A stretch of 64,000 nucleotides of DNA from Minisyncoccota bacterium (GCA_041666305.1 JBAYHD010000004.1:3946-67945), one strand, 5' to 3'. Shown: positions 39,232 through 50,186, counted from the first letter of the stretch. Notes: generated by a model not told the origin, from the letters alone. Program-made: numbers and translations.

Positions 39232-39906
39232 TTAGAATCTTGCGAACAAGGCAACGACACGAAGAAGCATCAGGGCAAATGGCCCGGTGCGGGACTTTGA
39301 TGTAACATACTTGTGATGGTTTTCATCGCGGATGGGTGTTCTCCAGTCGCCGTAGTACCACTCCATATATCGCTCCGGTGCGGCAAATGTCCTATACTGC
39401 TCACCGCGCAATGTAACACTGCTTTCGCCGTGCATAAAGTTATCGGGATAATATGACCACTTTCGGTACCGCTTGTCGCCCATCTTAAAAAATCCTACTA
39501 CCTCAAATATTGACCCGTGCTTTTCTGTCCGTATTCTGAAATCTATCTTGCTTTGTTTATACGCTTTTATCTGATAGCCGGCTTTGACAAAAGCTTCTAT
39601 AAGTTGGGCCTGTTTTGGATACACATCCTCTACTCGCACATCAATATCAACATCACCGTCCCACGCGATAAAATCACCGTCCCTCACAATACCAAGGAGG
39701 GTACCCCCCGCTAAATAATACGGAATGGACAATGTATCAAGAAACGCGCAGACCTCTTTTAAATCTTTGGCACGCAGGGCTAACTCCTCTTCAGTCCTCG
39801 TGCGCATAGACTCTCGTATTTCCCGCTCGGAACGCTCAAAAACTATGCGCGATGGCACAAAAAAAACGACCACTTTCTGTATGATTTTATTGAGAAAATA
39901 ACGCAT
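39232..39906 (-). CDS. licD: LicD-family phosphotransferase
   Basis: YYLAGGTLLGIVRDGDFIAWDGDVDI and YMEWYYGDWRTP; start ATG 39906. Confidence 0.88.
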   Translation of the reverse strand: MRYFLNKIIQKVVVFFVPSRIVFERSEREIRESMRTRTEEELALRAKDLKEVCAFLDTLSIPYYLAGGTLLGIVRDGDFIAWDGDVDIDVRVEDVYPKQAQLIEAFVKAGYQIKAYKQSKIDFRIRTEKHGSIFEVVGFFKMGDKRYRKWSYYPDNFMHGESSVTLRGEQYRTFAAPERYMEWYYGDWRTPIRDENHHKYVTSKSRTGPFALMLLRVVALFARF

Positions 39907-39947
39907 CGTATGGAGGTTATTATAAGCTGTAACTGCTTTTCTCGCTC

Positions 39948-40976
39948 CTAGGTTGCTCTGGCCGATGCCTGTGTAGTGGCACACATATCTTTCGCTTTGG
40001 TGGCAACGGCCTTCATGTCGACGGCATTGAGGCAGGGACCGTAGCCGGAATAATCATGGCCGTGGGGACACGCCTCCGGCTGACAAAAGACCTGTATCGG
40101 CGCATCACCATACTGGTCGGTACCGACCCACTGGAGCCCCTGGCAAGCGACAAGCACCACCAAGGGAGTGTGCAGGAGCGAGGCGATATGGGACGTTCCG
40201 GTGCCGAGTGAGACCATACATGCACTGTCGTCGATGAGCGCCGAGACCTCCTGAACCGATGTTTTAACTATTTTTGAGTTCTGCGGTAACCGCATGTGCT
40301 CTATCTGTTCGCGCTCTTTCTCTGTTCCGATAAACACAAGCGGCATCACGGGCATTGCACGCGCAAGTGCGTCAACGAGCTCCTGCCGCTTCTCCGGAGA
40401 AAGTCCGCGCGCATCGGCGCCGGAAAATAGTCCAACAACAACATACTCATTCTTCTGCAGATCGAGGCGCGCAAGTAAGCCCGGTTGCGGAAGATATTTG
40501 AAGGTCATTTGTTCCATCGCAATCGGAATGCCAGCAGCACGGAGAGCATCGCATTCGAGCAAGCGCGGCACGCTTGAGCGGTCCGGTTTGAGGTAAAGCA
40601 GTTTGTCATACAAGAATGTGTTCACCGAAGAGCGATCGATATACCCGATAAGTGCGCCACGGCGCGCGAGCAACCGCGCCATCAATTTGGTGGAAAGATT
40701 GAGCAGTCCGCCAGTGTAGAGCGTACAGACAAAATCGCTTTGCCAGAAACGCCTTACGAGCATCAGCAGCGCGCGCGGACTTTTGCGATTAGCTTCGATG
40801 ACCTCTATCCACGGATACGCGGCAAGCAAGTCACGTATCATGGCCCCCCGGCTCGCAACGACGAGCCCGCAGCGCGCGTCCGGAAATTCTGCACGGATAT
40901 TTTCTAGAAGATACTTCCCCATCAGCGAGTCCCCGATGGAAGAAGCGCGGAAAGTCAGTGCTTTTCGGAGGTGCAT
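39948..40976 (-). CDS. GT9 (heptosyltransferase-like) glycosyltransferase
   Basis: RASSIGDSL, SLGTGTSHIASLLHTP, C-terminal Cys cluster. Confidence 0.8.
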   Translation of the reverse strand: MHLRKALTFRASSIGDSLMGKYLLENIRAEFPDARCGLVVASRGAMIRDLLAAYPWIEVIEANRKSPRALLMLVRRFWQSDFVCTLYTGGLLNLSTKLMARLLARRGALIGYIDRSSVNTFLYDKLLYLKPDRSSVPRLLECDALRAAGIPIAMEQMTFKYLPQPGLLARLDLQKNEYVVVGLFSGADARGLSPEKRQELVDALARAMPVMPLVFIGTEKEREQIEHMRLPQNSKIVKTSVQEVSALIDDSACMVSLGTGTSHIASLLHTPLVVLVACQGLQWVGTDQYGDAPIQVFCQPEACPHGHDYSGYGPCLNAVDMKAVATKAKDMCATTQASARAT

Positions 40977-40996
40977 GTGTCGAATGTATCGAGAAA

Positions 40997-41593
40997 CTAT
41001 GCTATCGCCTCAAGCTCCCAGGTGAGGCACTTGACGGGGACATACACCGAGAGGTATTGATCGTAAAACTGCGAGTGCTTATGCATGAAAGACTTGAATG
41101 CTCGGCGCAAGGGATTGTGTGGGTGATGAGGCCATCCATACCAAAAACCGATTTTTTTAAACCGTATGGGTGTGTAACCATACTCGGCCGGACGAGCACC
41201 CTCGATAAAAAAATCGAGTGTTTTCGAGGTAAAAAAATGCTTATGCGTTGGGTCGCCATACGCATCCGTGGAGCGGAAATAGGGCACCTGAATGACCGCG
41301 CGGCCACCCGGCTTCAATACTCTGTGTATTTCCTCCATAGTACGCACCACGTCATTCGCATGCTCTAAAAGATGATTCGCAAACACTAAGTCAAAGCGTG
41401 CATTCTGTATTGGCCAGGGGAATATCGAGAGGTCATGCACAATATCAACTGACGGAAACTTGAGTATATCTATCCCCACCGCGCCGGGAAGCTTGCGATC
41501 GCCACAGCCGAGTTCGAGCGCTGTATACTCGCCGAGAATATTGTCAGGCGTAAATCCTTGCGGCGTATATATGCGGGGTGCCCACTGATCCAT
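40997..41593 (-). CDS. Methyltransferase type 11
   Basis: LELGCG, DIVHDL, HLLEH, EIHRVLKPGG, DPTH. Confidence 0.85.
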   Translation of the reverse strand: MDQWAPRIYTPQGFTPDNILGEYTALELGCGDRKLPGAVGIDILKFPSVDIVHDLSIFPWPIQNARFDLVFANHLLEHANDVVRTMEEIHRVLKPGGRAVIQVPYFRSTDAYGDPTHKHFFTSKTLDFFIEGARPAEYGYTPIRFKKIGFWYGWPHHPHNPLRRAFKSFMHKHSQFYDQYLSVYVPVKCLTWELEAIA

Positions 41594-41683
41594 AGCAGTT
41601 AGCGTATCAGCGGAATCTTACAAACACAAGAACCGTTGCTCCTATACACAGAGAGGTCGTATTACGATCTTTTGAAGAATCTT

Positions 41684-42847
41684 TCATTGCGGAAAACTTC
41701 GGATGAAGGCGAGTACCTTGCGAGCGCGCGCATCCCAACTAAGATTTTCTGCTGCCGCACGAGCACGGCTCACTCGTGCTGCGGCTTCTTGCGGTGAGGC
41801 AAATACTTCGTGAATAGCGCTTGCAATGGCCTTCGCATTGTCCGGCTCGACAAAATAGCCCATTCCGTCTTTAAGTACATCGCGAATGCCGGGCACGTCG
41901 GAAGCGACAATCGGCCGACCTGACGCCATGTACTCGATAAGTTTTGTGGGTGAGGATTCAAGGCTACTGGCCGTATCCTTAGCAGTGTTGGGAAGAGAAA
42001 GAATGTCTGCCGCTCGCAACCAAAGCGGTATGTCTTGATTGCGCTTGCGTCCCGCAATGACGATAGAGTCCGGCCTTCCTGCTTCTTGCCATTTATGGCG
42101 GAAATGTGCAATGTCGGTATCGGTTCCTCCAATGAAGTAGATCACTTCACCCGGCTCAAGGAAGCGGTGCGCATCGAAAAGAACATCCACTCCTTTGACT
42201 GGAAATAGATGTCCGGCATAAAAGATTAGTTTCCCTTCACGCGGCAGTCCGAGTGCCGCACGAGCATCCTCCTTACTCGTGTCTAAGGCGTAGCGCTTGA
42301 TGTTGACAGCGCTTGGCGTATGAATTAAACGATTCGACTCTACTCCATACGTCGTTCGGATATTTTCAAGTATAGGAGTTGTGTTTGCCATGAGACCGCG
42401 CACGCGCTTGAAACCCCAACGATTCACGATGTCGATACTGCTACGGTAATACATATGCACCTCGCAAAATGCCCGTCTAGAGAACAGGAGCGTGGCCCAT
42501 GCATCGCGCAAATCAAAAAAATAAAGAACCGCGTTGCGTCGCGCAGAGGACATCGCTACGTAACATGCGGCGACTATCGAAAAGCTCGCGAGCATGAGAA
42601 GGAACCCTGCCGTACCCGGCAATACGTGCATGAGGTCAATGACCGGGAGTTTCTTTATCGTAAAAGTTCGATCTATACCATGATATTCGAAAGGATCAAC
42701 ATTCTGTAATGCGGGATCGCGACGACGAGGACAAAGAAGCTCGACCTCTACACCCTCGCGTGCCACGGCTTCGAGCATGCACATTATGTATGGCGCAAAC
42801 GTTTTTTCAGACGGAAACCGCCAGTGGGAGATACAGATGAGTTTCAT
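41684..42847 (-). CDS. GT4 glycosyltransferase
   Basis: YAGHLFPVKG, SPTKLIEYMASGRPIVASD. Confidence 0.9.
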   Translation of the reverse strand: MKLICISHWRFPSEKTFAPYIMCMLEAVAREGVEVELLCPRRRDPALQNVDPFEYHGIDRTFTIKKLPVIDLMHVLPGTAGFLLMLASFSIVAACYVAMSSARRNAVLYFFDLRDAWATLLFSRRAFCEVHMYYRSSIDIVNRWGFKRVRGLMANTTPILENIRTTYGVESNRLIHTPSAVNIKRYALDTSKEDARAALGLPREGKLIFYAGHLFPVKGVDVLFDAHRFLEPGEVIYFIGGTDTDIAHFRHKWQEAGRPDSIVIAGRKRNQDIPLWLRAADILSLPNTAKDTASSLESSPTKLIEYMASGRPIVASDVPGIRDVLKDGMGYFVEPDNAKAIASAIHEVFASPQEAAARVSRARAAAENLSWDARARKVLAFIRSFPQ

Positions 42848-44622
42848 AGAGGCAGTTTCCATAATTCAAAACGAGTATCGCGGTAAACACGCACGGCACC
42901 GAGCTTTTCAGGGGAATAATTGAGATCCACTACCGTATCTTTGAGGATATACGAGACATGATACTTCTCAAGATATGCCTTGATATTGGGTTTGATGTCG
43001 GTGGTGAACTTTTGTTCAAGATCGTTAAAGAATTTCTCACCGAGCAGTTCTTCCGACGTGGGTGGTGTGCCGCAATCCTTATTTCTGTCCCAGAAGAATA
43101 GTATCCGGCATATCTTGACCCCGCGCTCGATAGTTTTTGCGTTATGGAACACATCCTGTCGTCCGAGATAAGCCACCATTTTGTCTTTAAGATCGACGGC
43201 CGTCGGATCGTTGAAATATTGCGAGACAAGATATCGTTCGCGAATCTCGCTATTAGGTACTAATCGCCACATACCGTACGGAGCATAGAGCGTGAAGTGC
43301 CGGGTATACACCGACAAACTGGACGTGAGGTGGCTACGTGGATTACTCCACACGACGACCGGATTTTTCTCCTGACTTTGAAGCCAAGCGAACGGCTCTG
43401 CATACAACTGTTCGGTCTGCCAGAATTCACGATGTACTTCTACGTTGGTAAACTGAGAGAAATAATAATAGGTGTAGTACAGACTCCCCATCGAACATAT
43501 TAGTATCACCGCAACCGAGACTGCCCGTATCCCTGTTGAAAGTTCGGCGCGTCGTTTCCATACGTATGATCCGATTACTACCGTAGCAAATGCGAGCCAT
43601 AGCAGAATAAACCCACGGAGGTGTTCACCGGTTTCAAGCAGCTTCCCGGTGATGAGATTACTTCCCTGCATGATCCAGAGACCGAATCCGCTTATGCCCA
43701 GAAACATACTAAGAAAAAAGAACTCCGTATCTTTCCGTATTGTCGGTACGCGAAAGTAGAGTATCGCCAAGAATGCAAGCATAATGCCCACCCATCCGCC
43801 AGAATAAACGATTTCGGCCATAGGAAGGTGGGTGTTCACAAGCCCGAAGCGACTGATACTTTCCCAAAAATAGGGCGAGGTGCGAGAGAGCCAAAGAGTA
43901 TAGAGTGGAACAGGAAGACCGATCACGCCGCCTATCACCGAGGAAGCCGCTGTTGCCTTGAGTAGCGACCAGTTCTTGCGAACAAGCGCGTATAGAAAGA
44001 GCAGGCCGAGGGTAATGACGGCCGTTTGCCACAGATAGGCAAAAAGATAGAACATTGAACCTGTTACGAGAGCAAGCACCACAATATTCTTGCGAGACTG
44101 TTCCCGCATGAGACGAATAATGGCAATATAAAATAAAAAATAAAACGGCAATACGGGTTGCAAATTAGCAGGCCTCCACACTCGTGCGTATGCCTGCAGA
44201 TAGAGGAGCACCGTGCCGAGGACCGCTATCCACGGCCTCACTCGCAATTCCCTGAATAACCAGTAGAGGACAGCCGCGAATGCCAGACTCCAGAGTATAA
44301 AATTAAAGAACAGTGCAGTATTGAGCGACATTCCGGCAAAGAATGGGATCGCATCTATCCATGCCCCGCCGAAGATGACCAGAGGAGGATCATTGCGATG
44401 TTCATAGAAATAAGGGTTGCCGTCATTAAAATTTCCTCTTGCAATATCCTGTATGTGCGAGGTATAGACAGCTTCATCTAAGAACGAGGGCAGGATTCCT
44501 TGCCACGCATTTCCTACTACTAAATAGGTGTCCAGAATAGGAACGGTCGTGAGCACCAACACGATTCCCACGAGCACTGCGACAGGACGATGGGCTCGCA
44601 GGAATTCCTTTATTCGAGTCAT
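42844..44622 (-). CDS. Multi-pass membrane protein, GT-C-like
   Basis: About 12 TMs, DE motif in the first loop (FLDEAVY, GNPYFYEH), soluble C-terminal domain. Confidence 0.6.
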   Translation of the reverse strand: MTRIKEFLRAHRPVAVLVGIVLVLTTVPILDTYLVVGNAWQGILPSFLDEAVYTSHIQDIARGNFNDGNPYFYEHRNDPPLVIFGGAWIDAIPFFAGMSLNTALFFNFILWSLAFAAVLYWLFRELRVRPWIAVLGTVLLYLQAYARVWRPANLQPVLPFYFLFYIAIIRLMREQSRKNIVVLALVTGSMFYLFAYLWQTAVITLGLLFLYALVRKNWSLLKATAASSVIGGVIGLPVPLYTLWLSRTSPYFWESISRFGLVNTHLPMAEIVYSGGWVGIMLAFLAILYFRVPTIRKDTEFFFLSMFLGISGFGLWIMQGSNLITGKLLETGEHLRGFILLWLAFATVVIGSYVWKRRAELSTGIRAVSVAVILICSMGSLYYTYYYFSQFTNVEVHREFWQTEQLYAEPFAWLQSQEKNPVVVWSNPRSHLTSSLSVYTRHFTLYAPYGMWRLVPNSEIRERYLVSQYFNDPTAVDLKDKMVAYLGRQDVFHNAKTIERGVKICRILFFWDRNKDCGTPPTSEELLGEKFFNDLEQKFTTDIKPNIKAYLEKYHVSYILKDTVVDLNYSPEKLGAVRVYRDTRFELWKLPL

Positions 44623-44809
44623 GGTATAATACAATATCATGCATGCGATTCAAAAAAAAGCGAAAAAAAACGCTTTCTTTGACCGTCATGCCGAGAGTGA
44701 TGTGTATGACGCTTTTACGCCGGAATCGAATGCCCTTCTCATCAACGCGTTTAAACCGATACTCTCTTTTGTCCTCACGAGCGAAGAAAAGCTATCGGTG
44801 GTGTAAACG

Positions 44810-45253
44810 ATGGAACAACTATGTCGTGTTGCACATGTGCTCTGGCAGAAACGAGTATACCGCGCTGCACTTATGGGTGCTGTCGGAGCCGCGGCACAGA
44901 GCATCGTATTTGTCATAGTGGGGCTGTGGCTTGCCTTCGTGCGCCCTTCTACGGCGGTACTTATCAGTACCGAGATCGGCCTCATCACGAATTTTTATTT
45001 AAACAACCGTTTCTCCTTCACTGGCAACCCGCATTCATCACTTCCACTGCGTTTTGTGCGTTATCACATCACGGTACTCGGCTCCTTTTTCTGTCAGTGG
45101 CTTTTTGTTTTTGTCGTCGAGCAGATGACGACAAACATATATGCTCTGTTAGCGGCATACGCAGCAGGCGTTCTAGTCGGGTTTGCCATCAGTTATACCG
45201 GCTATCGTCTCTGGGTGTGGAAGAATCACGAAGCATCTTCGCGACCGACATAA
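44810..45253 (+). CDS. GtrA-family flippase
   Basis: Four TMs, NFYLNNRFSF, YRLWVW; convergently overlaps the GT2 gene. Confidence 0.8.
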   Translation: MEQLCRVAHVLWQKRVYRAALMGAVGAAAQSIVFVIVGLWLAFVRPSTAVLISTEIGLITNFYLNNRFSFTGNPHSSLPLRFVRYHITVLGSFFCQWLFVFVVEQMTTNIYALLAAYAAGVLVGFAISYTGYRLWVWKNHEASSRPT

Positions 45254-45947
45254 AGCGAATCCGCAGACCGGCACGGACATAGCCAACCAGATCGATCTTT
45301 TTTGCGCGACCTACGGAGGAGGTGCGCGATGTGAACATATCCCACGGCGCATCTACCTCGCCAATGGAATACCCGAGTCGGAGCGCCTTCAAAATGGCCT
45401 CAAAGAAAAAAGGGTGGCGATCCTCCTCGAAACGGATTGCATTAACGACCGATGGCTTGTATACGCGAAACCCGAACGTCAGGTCGTGCAGGTGCGTGAG
45501 ATAGAGCACACGGAAGAACTGTTGGAAGATATAGGCGAGCAACAACTTAATCGGATGATAGCCGTTAAAGGTGATGCCGTGGCTCCACCGATTCGAGGCG
45601 ACGATATCGTACCCCTGCTGGAACTTCTCCAACATCAAGGGAAGCGCTGCTGCCGGTGTCTCGCCGTCAGCCGCCATGACGACAATCGCATCACCCTGCG
45701 CGCGCGTAAACGCTTCACGCACGGCGATACCGAGACCGGGGCGCGATTGATCAAAAGACTCGATGTACCCCGGATGGCTCGCTGCGAGCGTATCAATAAC
45801 CGCACGAGTCTCGGATGTCGTGAGTCGCGCTGAGGTCGCTAGCAGCATATGCACATCATACTGTGTAAGACACGCAAACACCTCCTCAACGATTGATTGT
45901 AAGAGCGGTCCCTCATCGAGGGTTGGTAGTATAATAGTTATGCGCAT
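45189..45947 (-). CDS. GT2 glycosyltransferase (DPM1-like)
   Basis: IILPTLDE, GLGIAVREAF, VMAADG, DLTFGFRVY. Confidence 0.85.
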   Translation of the reverse strand: MRITIILPTLDEGPLLQSIVEEVFACLTQYDVHMLLATSARLTTSETRAVIDTLAASHPGYIESFDQSRPGLGIAVREAFTRAQGDAIVVMAADGETPAAALPLMLEKFQQGYDIVASNRWSHGITFNGYHPIKLLLAYIFQQFFRVLYLTHLHDLTFGFRVYKPSVVNAIRFEEDRHPFFFEAILKALRLGYSIGEVDAPWDMFTSRTSSVGRAKKIDLVGYVRAGLRIRFMSVAKMLRDSSTPRDDSRYN

Positions 45948-45986
45948 GTGATATAGTTTCCCGCGTATCACTATAAACCGCAAGCA

Positions 45987-47231
45987 ATGACTAAAGATTC
46001 GACCGGTCCCCAAATGCGCTGCCAGATATGCGGCAATCCGAAGCTCTCTTTGGTGCTTTCATTAGGGCACCAGCCGGTGTTGCAGGAATACCTCACCGAA
46101 GAAAAGCTCCAAGAGCCAGAAGTCACGTATCCGCTTAATCTTGTCTTTTGCAACATATGCGGCCTTTCCCAGCTCGATTACATCATCGACCCGAAATTGG
46201 TATTTATGCCGCACTATCCCTACCGTACCGGGCTTACTCTCATGTTGGTGCGCAATTTCGACTCGTTGGCGGAGACGATGCACGAAGCGGGTCACTACAA
46301 GAAAAATGATTTGGTAGTAGATATCGGCAGCAACGACGGCACGCTCCTGCAGCAATTTAAAAAGAGGGGTGCAAAAGTCGTCGGTATCGAGCCAACCAAT
46401 GTCGCAAAAATCGCAAACAAAAGCGGCATCCCTACGCTTCAGCATTACTTCAATGCAGGGACCGTAAAAGACATACGAAAAAAATATGGAACTCCGCGGG
46501 TCATAGCGGCAACGAACGTGTTCGCGCATATTAACGATACCGCGGGATTGGTAAAAAATATCAAAGCGCTCATGGACGCAGAGACCGTGTTCGTATCCGA
46601 GTCGCAGTACCTGCGCGATATGGTAGAAAAATTCGCATTCGACACTATTTATAATGAACACCTGCGCTACTACGGTCTCAAACCGATGATCCACTTGTTT
46701 GCTCTGCACAATATGTCGGTCATAGATGCCGAACGCATAGAGGCCGCCGGCGGTTCCATTCGCGTGTATGTAAAAAAGGGTACCCATCCTATGAGCGCGC
46801 GCGCAAAGAAATTACTGGCCGAGGAAAAGAAGATGGGGTTGCACGATCTCAAGACCCTACACTCTTTTGCAAAACGAGTGCATGATGCCAAACACAATTT
46901 CGTCGCGCTTCTCACAAAACTGAAGAAGACGGGCGCGCGCATTGCCGGCATTACGAGCGCCGGACGCTCGAACGCTCTTCTTGGATTTACTAAAATAAAC
47001 AACACTCTGCTGGATTACAACGCCGAGAAAAAAGGCTCCCCGAAGATAGGCATGTACACCCCGGGCACCCATATTCCGGTCGTTGACGAAGAACAACTTA
47101 TACAAGACCAGCCGGAATATGCCGTCGTTCTCTCATGGCATATCGGCGAGGAGTTGATGAAAAAAACCCGCGCCGCCGGCTATAAAGGGAAATTCGTCCT
47201 TCCGCTCCCCGTGGCACGTGTTGTTCGATGA
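45987..47231 (+). CDS. NDP-hexose C-methyltransferase family (zinc-binding)
   Basis: CQIC...CNICGLSQL, DIGSNDG, FDTIYNEH, GMYTPGTHIPV, VLPLP. Confidence 0.88.
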   Translation: MTKDSTGPQMRCQICGNPKLSLVLSLGHQPVLQEYLTEEKLQEPEVTYPLNLVFCNICGLSQLDYIIDPKLVFMPHYPYRTGLTLMLVRNFDSLAETMHEAGHYKKNDLVVDIGSNDGTLLQQFKKRGAKVVGIEPTNVAKIANKSGIPTLQHYFNAGTVKDIRKKYGTPRVIAATNVFAHINDTAGLVKNIKALMDAETVFVSESQYLRDMVEKFAFDTIYNEHLRYYGLKPMIHLFALHNMSVIDAERIEAAGGSIRVYVKKGTHPMSARAKKLLAEEKKMGLHDLKTLHSFAKRVHDAKHNFVALLTKLKKTGARIAGITSAGRSNALLGFTKINNTLLDYNAEKKGSPKIGMYTPGTHIPVVDEEQLIQDQPEYAVVLSWHIGEELMKKTRAAGYKGKFVLPLPVARVVR

Positions 47232-48145
47232 CAAAAAAGAAACTGCGCTTCGCGGTGATGGGGCTTGGGCTACAGGGGAATCGCCTCATACAGGCAATCG
47301 CGGGTTCTCACAGTGCCGTGTTGTCTGCGACTGCAAGCGAACGTGAAAAAGAGTCTTTTGTCCAAGCACTCAAAGATAAAAATATCGATGCCGTTGTCAT
47401 CGCCACGCCGAATAATCAGCATGCGAAGCAGGTCGTTGCCGCCGCTCGAGCCGGTAAACACGTGCTCTGCGAGAAGCCGCTTGTGCTCTCCATGCGCGAG
47501 GCGCGAGCAATCAAGCAGGTCGTGAAGAAAAATCGCGTGCATTGTTTCGTCAATTATCACTTGCGCATGCATCCCGAAGTGCAAAAAGCGAAAGGCCTCA
47601 TTGCGAAAAAGAAATTGGGCGACCTAACGTATATTGAGATGCAATGGTCCATCGGCGGGCTCGCACAAAAAAACTTGCCCACCCTTCCCAGCCATATGCG
47701 CTGGCGCGAGAACCCCGTGCAAGCAGGCGGCGGGGCGCTCATGGCGCGTGGGGTTCATCTCTTTGACCTTCTGCGATTTCTCACCGGTCAGGAGGCTCGC
47801 GAGGTGAGCGCGTGGAGCGATGCGACACGTACAACCGTAGACCGCACGGCTATTGGCATTTTTCTGCTTACTACGGGCATCCCTGCGGTTATCACGACGA
47901 GCAAGTCCATCCCTGACGCCGACAATCGTATCGTTCTCTGCGGCACTAAAGGAAAGCTCGTATTATGCGACCTGTTTACCGCCGACCCGCACACAATGTA
48001 CACTTCTGTATTTGACTCTTTTGCCGGTGCTCTTCGTGGTAAAAAAACTCCGCTCGCAACACTTGAGGACGGTATCGCCGTTCTGGCTATGACGAGTGCA
48101 TTCCTCGCTTCGGCAAAACACAAACGAGCAGAACGTATAATGTAA
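47228..48145 (+). CDS. Gfo/Idh/MocA oxidoreductase
   Basis: GLGLQG, IATPNNQH, HVLCEKP, GGGALMARGVHLFD. Confidence 0.88.
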   Translation: MTKKKLRFAVMGLGLQGNRLIQAIAGSHSAVLSATASEREKESFVQALKDKNIDAVVIATPNNQHAKQVVAAARAGKHVLCEKPLVLSMREARAIKQVVKKNRVHCFVNYHLRMHPEVQKAKGLIAKKKLGDLTYIEMQWSIGGLAQKNLPTLPSHMRWRENPVQAGGGALMARGVHLFDLLRFLTGQEAREVSAWSDATRTTVDRTAIGIFLLTTGIPAVITTSKSIPDADNRIVLCGTKGKLVLCDLFTADPHTMYTSVFDSFAGALRGKKTPLATLEDGIAVLAMTSAFLASAKHKRAERIM

Positions 48146-48154
48146 TAAACTATT

Positions 48155-48697
48155 ATGGATAAAGAACCCGCGCTCTATATTGAAAAAGGATTCACTGGCA
48201 TGGAAAAAGTATTCCTTCCTGATGATGAATATGCGCGAGCGATAGAAGCGTTTATCGTGACCTGTGTTGATACCATCATAATCGACCGCTATGCAAAAAA
48301 AGTATATCTGCCTAAACGGCGATCGAAACCCGCACAGGATCTGTGGTGGGTCATAGGTGGCCGTCGCAAAACTGGCATAACGGCGCGTGAAGCGATGCGA
48401 GAAATATTCAAGCGTGAGACCTCATTGGAGATCCCGCTTGAACGATTCGTATTCGTCGCCATCGCCGAATATCTTTGGAGCAATCGACAGCAATCGCCGC
48501 AGAAGAAAGGCGTTCATATGCAGGGCTACACGTTTGCCGTAGACCTGACACCGGAAGAACGCTCCATAGTCGCAAAAAATCTGGACCCGAAAGAATACTC
48601 TGCCGAGCTCGAGCTGCGTGCCTTCACGCTTGAAGAGCTTCAGGACGGATCGCACCATCCCGCCGTCGTCGCCATCGCCGCACGCGCTCTACAATAA
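48155..48697 (+). CDS. NUDIX hydrolase (GDP-mannose mannosyl hydrolase-like)
   Basis: CVDTII, KPAQDLWWVIGGR...REIFKRETSL Nudix box variant. Confidence 0.75.
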   Translation: MDKEPALYIEKGFTGMEKVFLPDDEYARAIEAFIVTCVDTIIIDRYAKKVYLPKRRSKPAQDLWWVIGGRRKTGITAREAMREIFKRETSLEIPLERFVFVAIAEYLWSNRQQSPQKKGVHMQGYTFAVDLTPEERSIVAKNLDPKEYSAELELRAFTLEELQDGSHHPAVVAIAARALQ

Positions 48698-48812
48698 CAG
48701 TATTTTACGAGAAAATACGGCACATTTGACTTTTATAATTCCTTATGTTATTCTATAAGGGTGTTCTCGCATTAAAGCCATTCCGCTGCTAACTAACCAA
48801 ATGGAGGTTTTT

Positions 48813-49004
48813 ATGTTTCAGATTAAGTCGTTCCTTTCCTTGCTCTTTGCTTTTATGTTCATTTTCTCGGTTATCGGACTGGCAATCGGTTTGGTGTGGG
48901 CGGCCGGATACATCGGGGGAACGCGGATAGCCTTCTGGACTATGATGTTCCTACTCATCGCGGGAAATGCATGGGAAATATCACTCTTAAAGAAATCCGG
49001 CTGA
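48813..49004 (+). CDS. Small two-TM membrane protein
   Basis: SD GGAGG before ATG 48813; TTGACT-17-TATTCT promoter-like sequence upstream; two hydrophobic helices. Confidence 0.6.
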   Translation: MFQIKSFLSLLFAFMFIFSVIGLAIGLVWAAGYIGGTRIAFWTMMFLLIAGNAWEISLLKKSG

Positions 49005-49038
49005 AGCAGATCTAATCGGTACGGTAAGGGACGCGCTG

Positions 49039-50112
49039 TTATCGGCGTGCCCTTTTTCTTTTTCCGTTATCCTGCGTTGGCAACGCGACGCCACGGAGAG
49101 CGCAATCGTGCTCGAGCATGATACGCACCAACTCCTTGAATTTTACTTTTGGCTTCCAACCGAGCTTGCGGCGTGCCTTACTGCTGTCGCCGAGAAGATA
49201 ATCCACTTCCGTCGGACGCTTGTGGCGCTCATCTATGACGACATATTTCTTCCAATTATCTATTCCGGCCAAATGGAAGACTTCTTCGACTAATTCCCGA
49301 ACGCTGTGCGACTCCCCCGTCGCAATGACATAATCGTCCGGCTTGTCTTGCTGGAGCATCAGCCACATCGCTTCAACGTAATCAGGGGCATATCCCCAAT
49401 CGCGCTTCGCATCCAGGTTGCCGAGATAAAGCTTGTCGCGTTTGCCGGCTAAAATATCCGCCACGCCCAAAGTAATTTTCCGCGTGACGAAATTAGTCCC
49501 GCGGCGAGGCGACTCGTGATTGAACAAAATACCGTTTGACGCATGGATGCCGTACGCCTCACGATAGTTAACGGTGGCCCAATACGCGTATACTTTGGCA
49601 ATTCCGTATGGACTCCTCGGATAAAATGGCGTTTTCTCGTTTTGGGGGAATTCGCGGGCTTTTCCGAACATCTCCGACGACGAGGCCTGATAAAATCTAG
49701 TTTTGATGCGCGTGTCTCGTATTGCTTCAAGGAGTCTCATCGTTGCAAGGCCGGCTGCTTCGCCCGTATATACGGGCATATCAAAACTGATACCCACATG
49801 ACTTTGCGCGCCCAGATGGTAGATCTCATCCGGCACGATACGCTCTATCAGCCGATGCAAAGAACTTGAATCGTTCAGGTCGCCATAATGCAGATGGAGT
49901 CCGGTCGATTTGCCAAGGTCTTTGCCGTCATATTCGATAGGCTTATTGGTGGCACGTCGCGCCCGTTCGTACACGTGTTCCAAACGCTCGCGATTCACAA
50001 CGCTCGAGCGGCGCACCAAACCGTGCACTTCATATCCCTTGGCCAGCAAGAGGTCGGCTAAGTATGAGCCATCTTGCCCGGTAACTCCGGTGATGAGGGC
50101 TTTCTTCTTCAT
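49039..50112 (-). CDS. gmd: GDP-mannose 4,6-dehydratase
   Basis: [50 protein letters not shown]. Confidence 0.96.
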   Translation of the reverse strand: MKKKALITGVTGQDGSYLADLLLAKGYEVHGLVRRSSVVNRERLEHVYERARRATNKPIEYDGKDLGKSTGLHLHYGDLNDSSSLHRLIERIVPDEIYHLGAQSHVGISFDMPVYTGEAAGLATMRLLEAIRDTRIKTRFYQASSSEMFGKAREFPQNEKTPFYPRSPYGIAKVYAYWATVNYREAYGIHASNGILFNHESPRRGTNFVTRKITLGVADILAGKRDKLYLGNLDAKRDWGYAPDYVEAMWLMLQQDKPDDYVIATGESHSVRELVEEVFHLAGIDNWKKYVVIDERHKRPTEVDYLLGDSSKARRKLGWKPKVKFKELVRIMLEHDCALRGVALPTQDNGKRKRARR

Positions 50113-50186
50113 ATAATAAAGGGATAATACTGCTTGCGATGATATATGGCAACGCTCGTGATCGTGAGGTAGAATGTTCGGTATCT

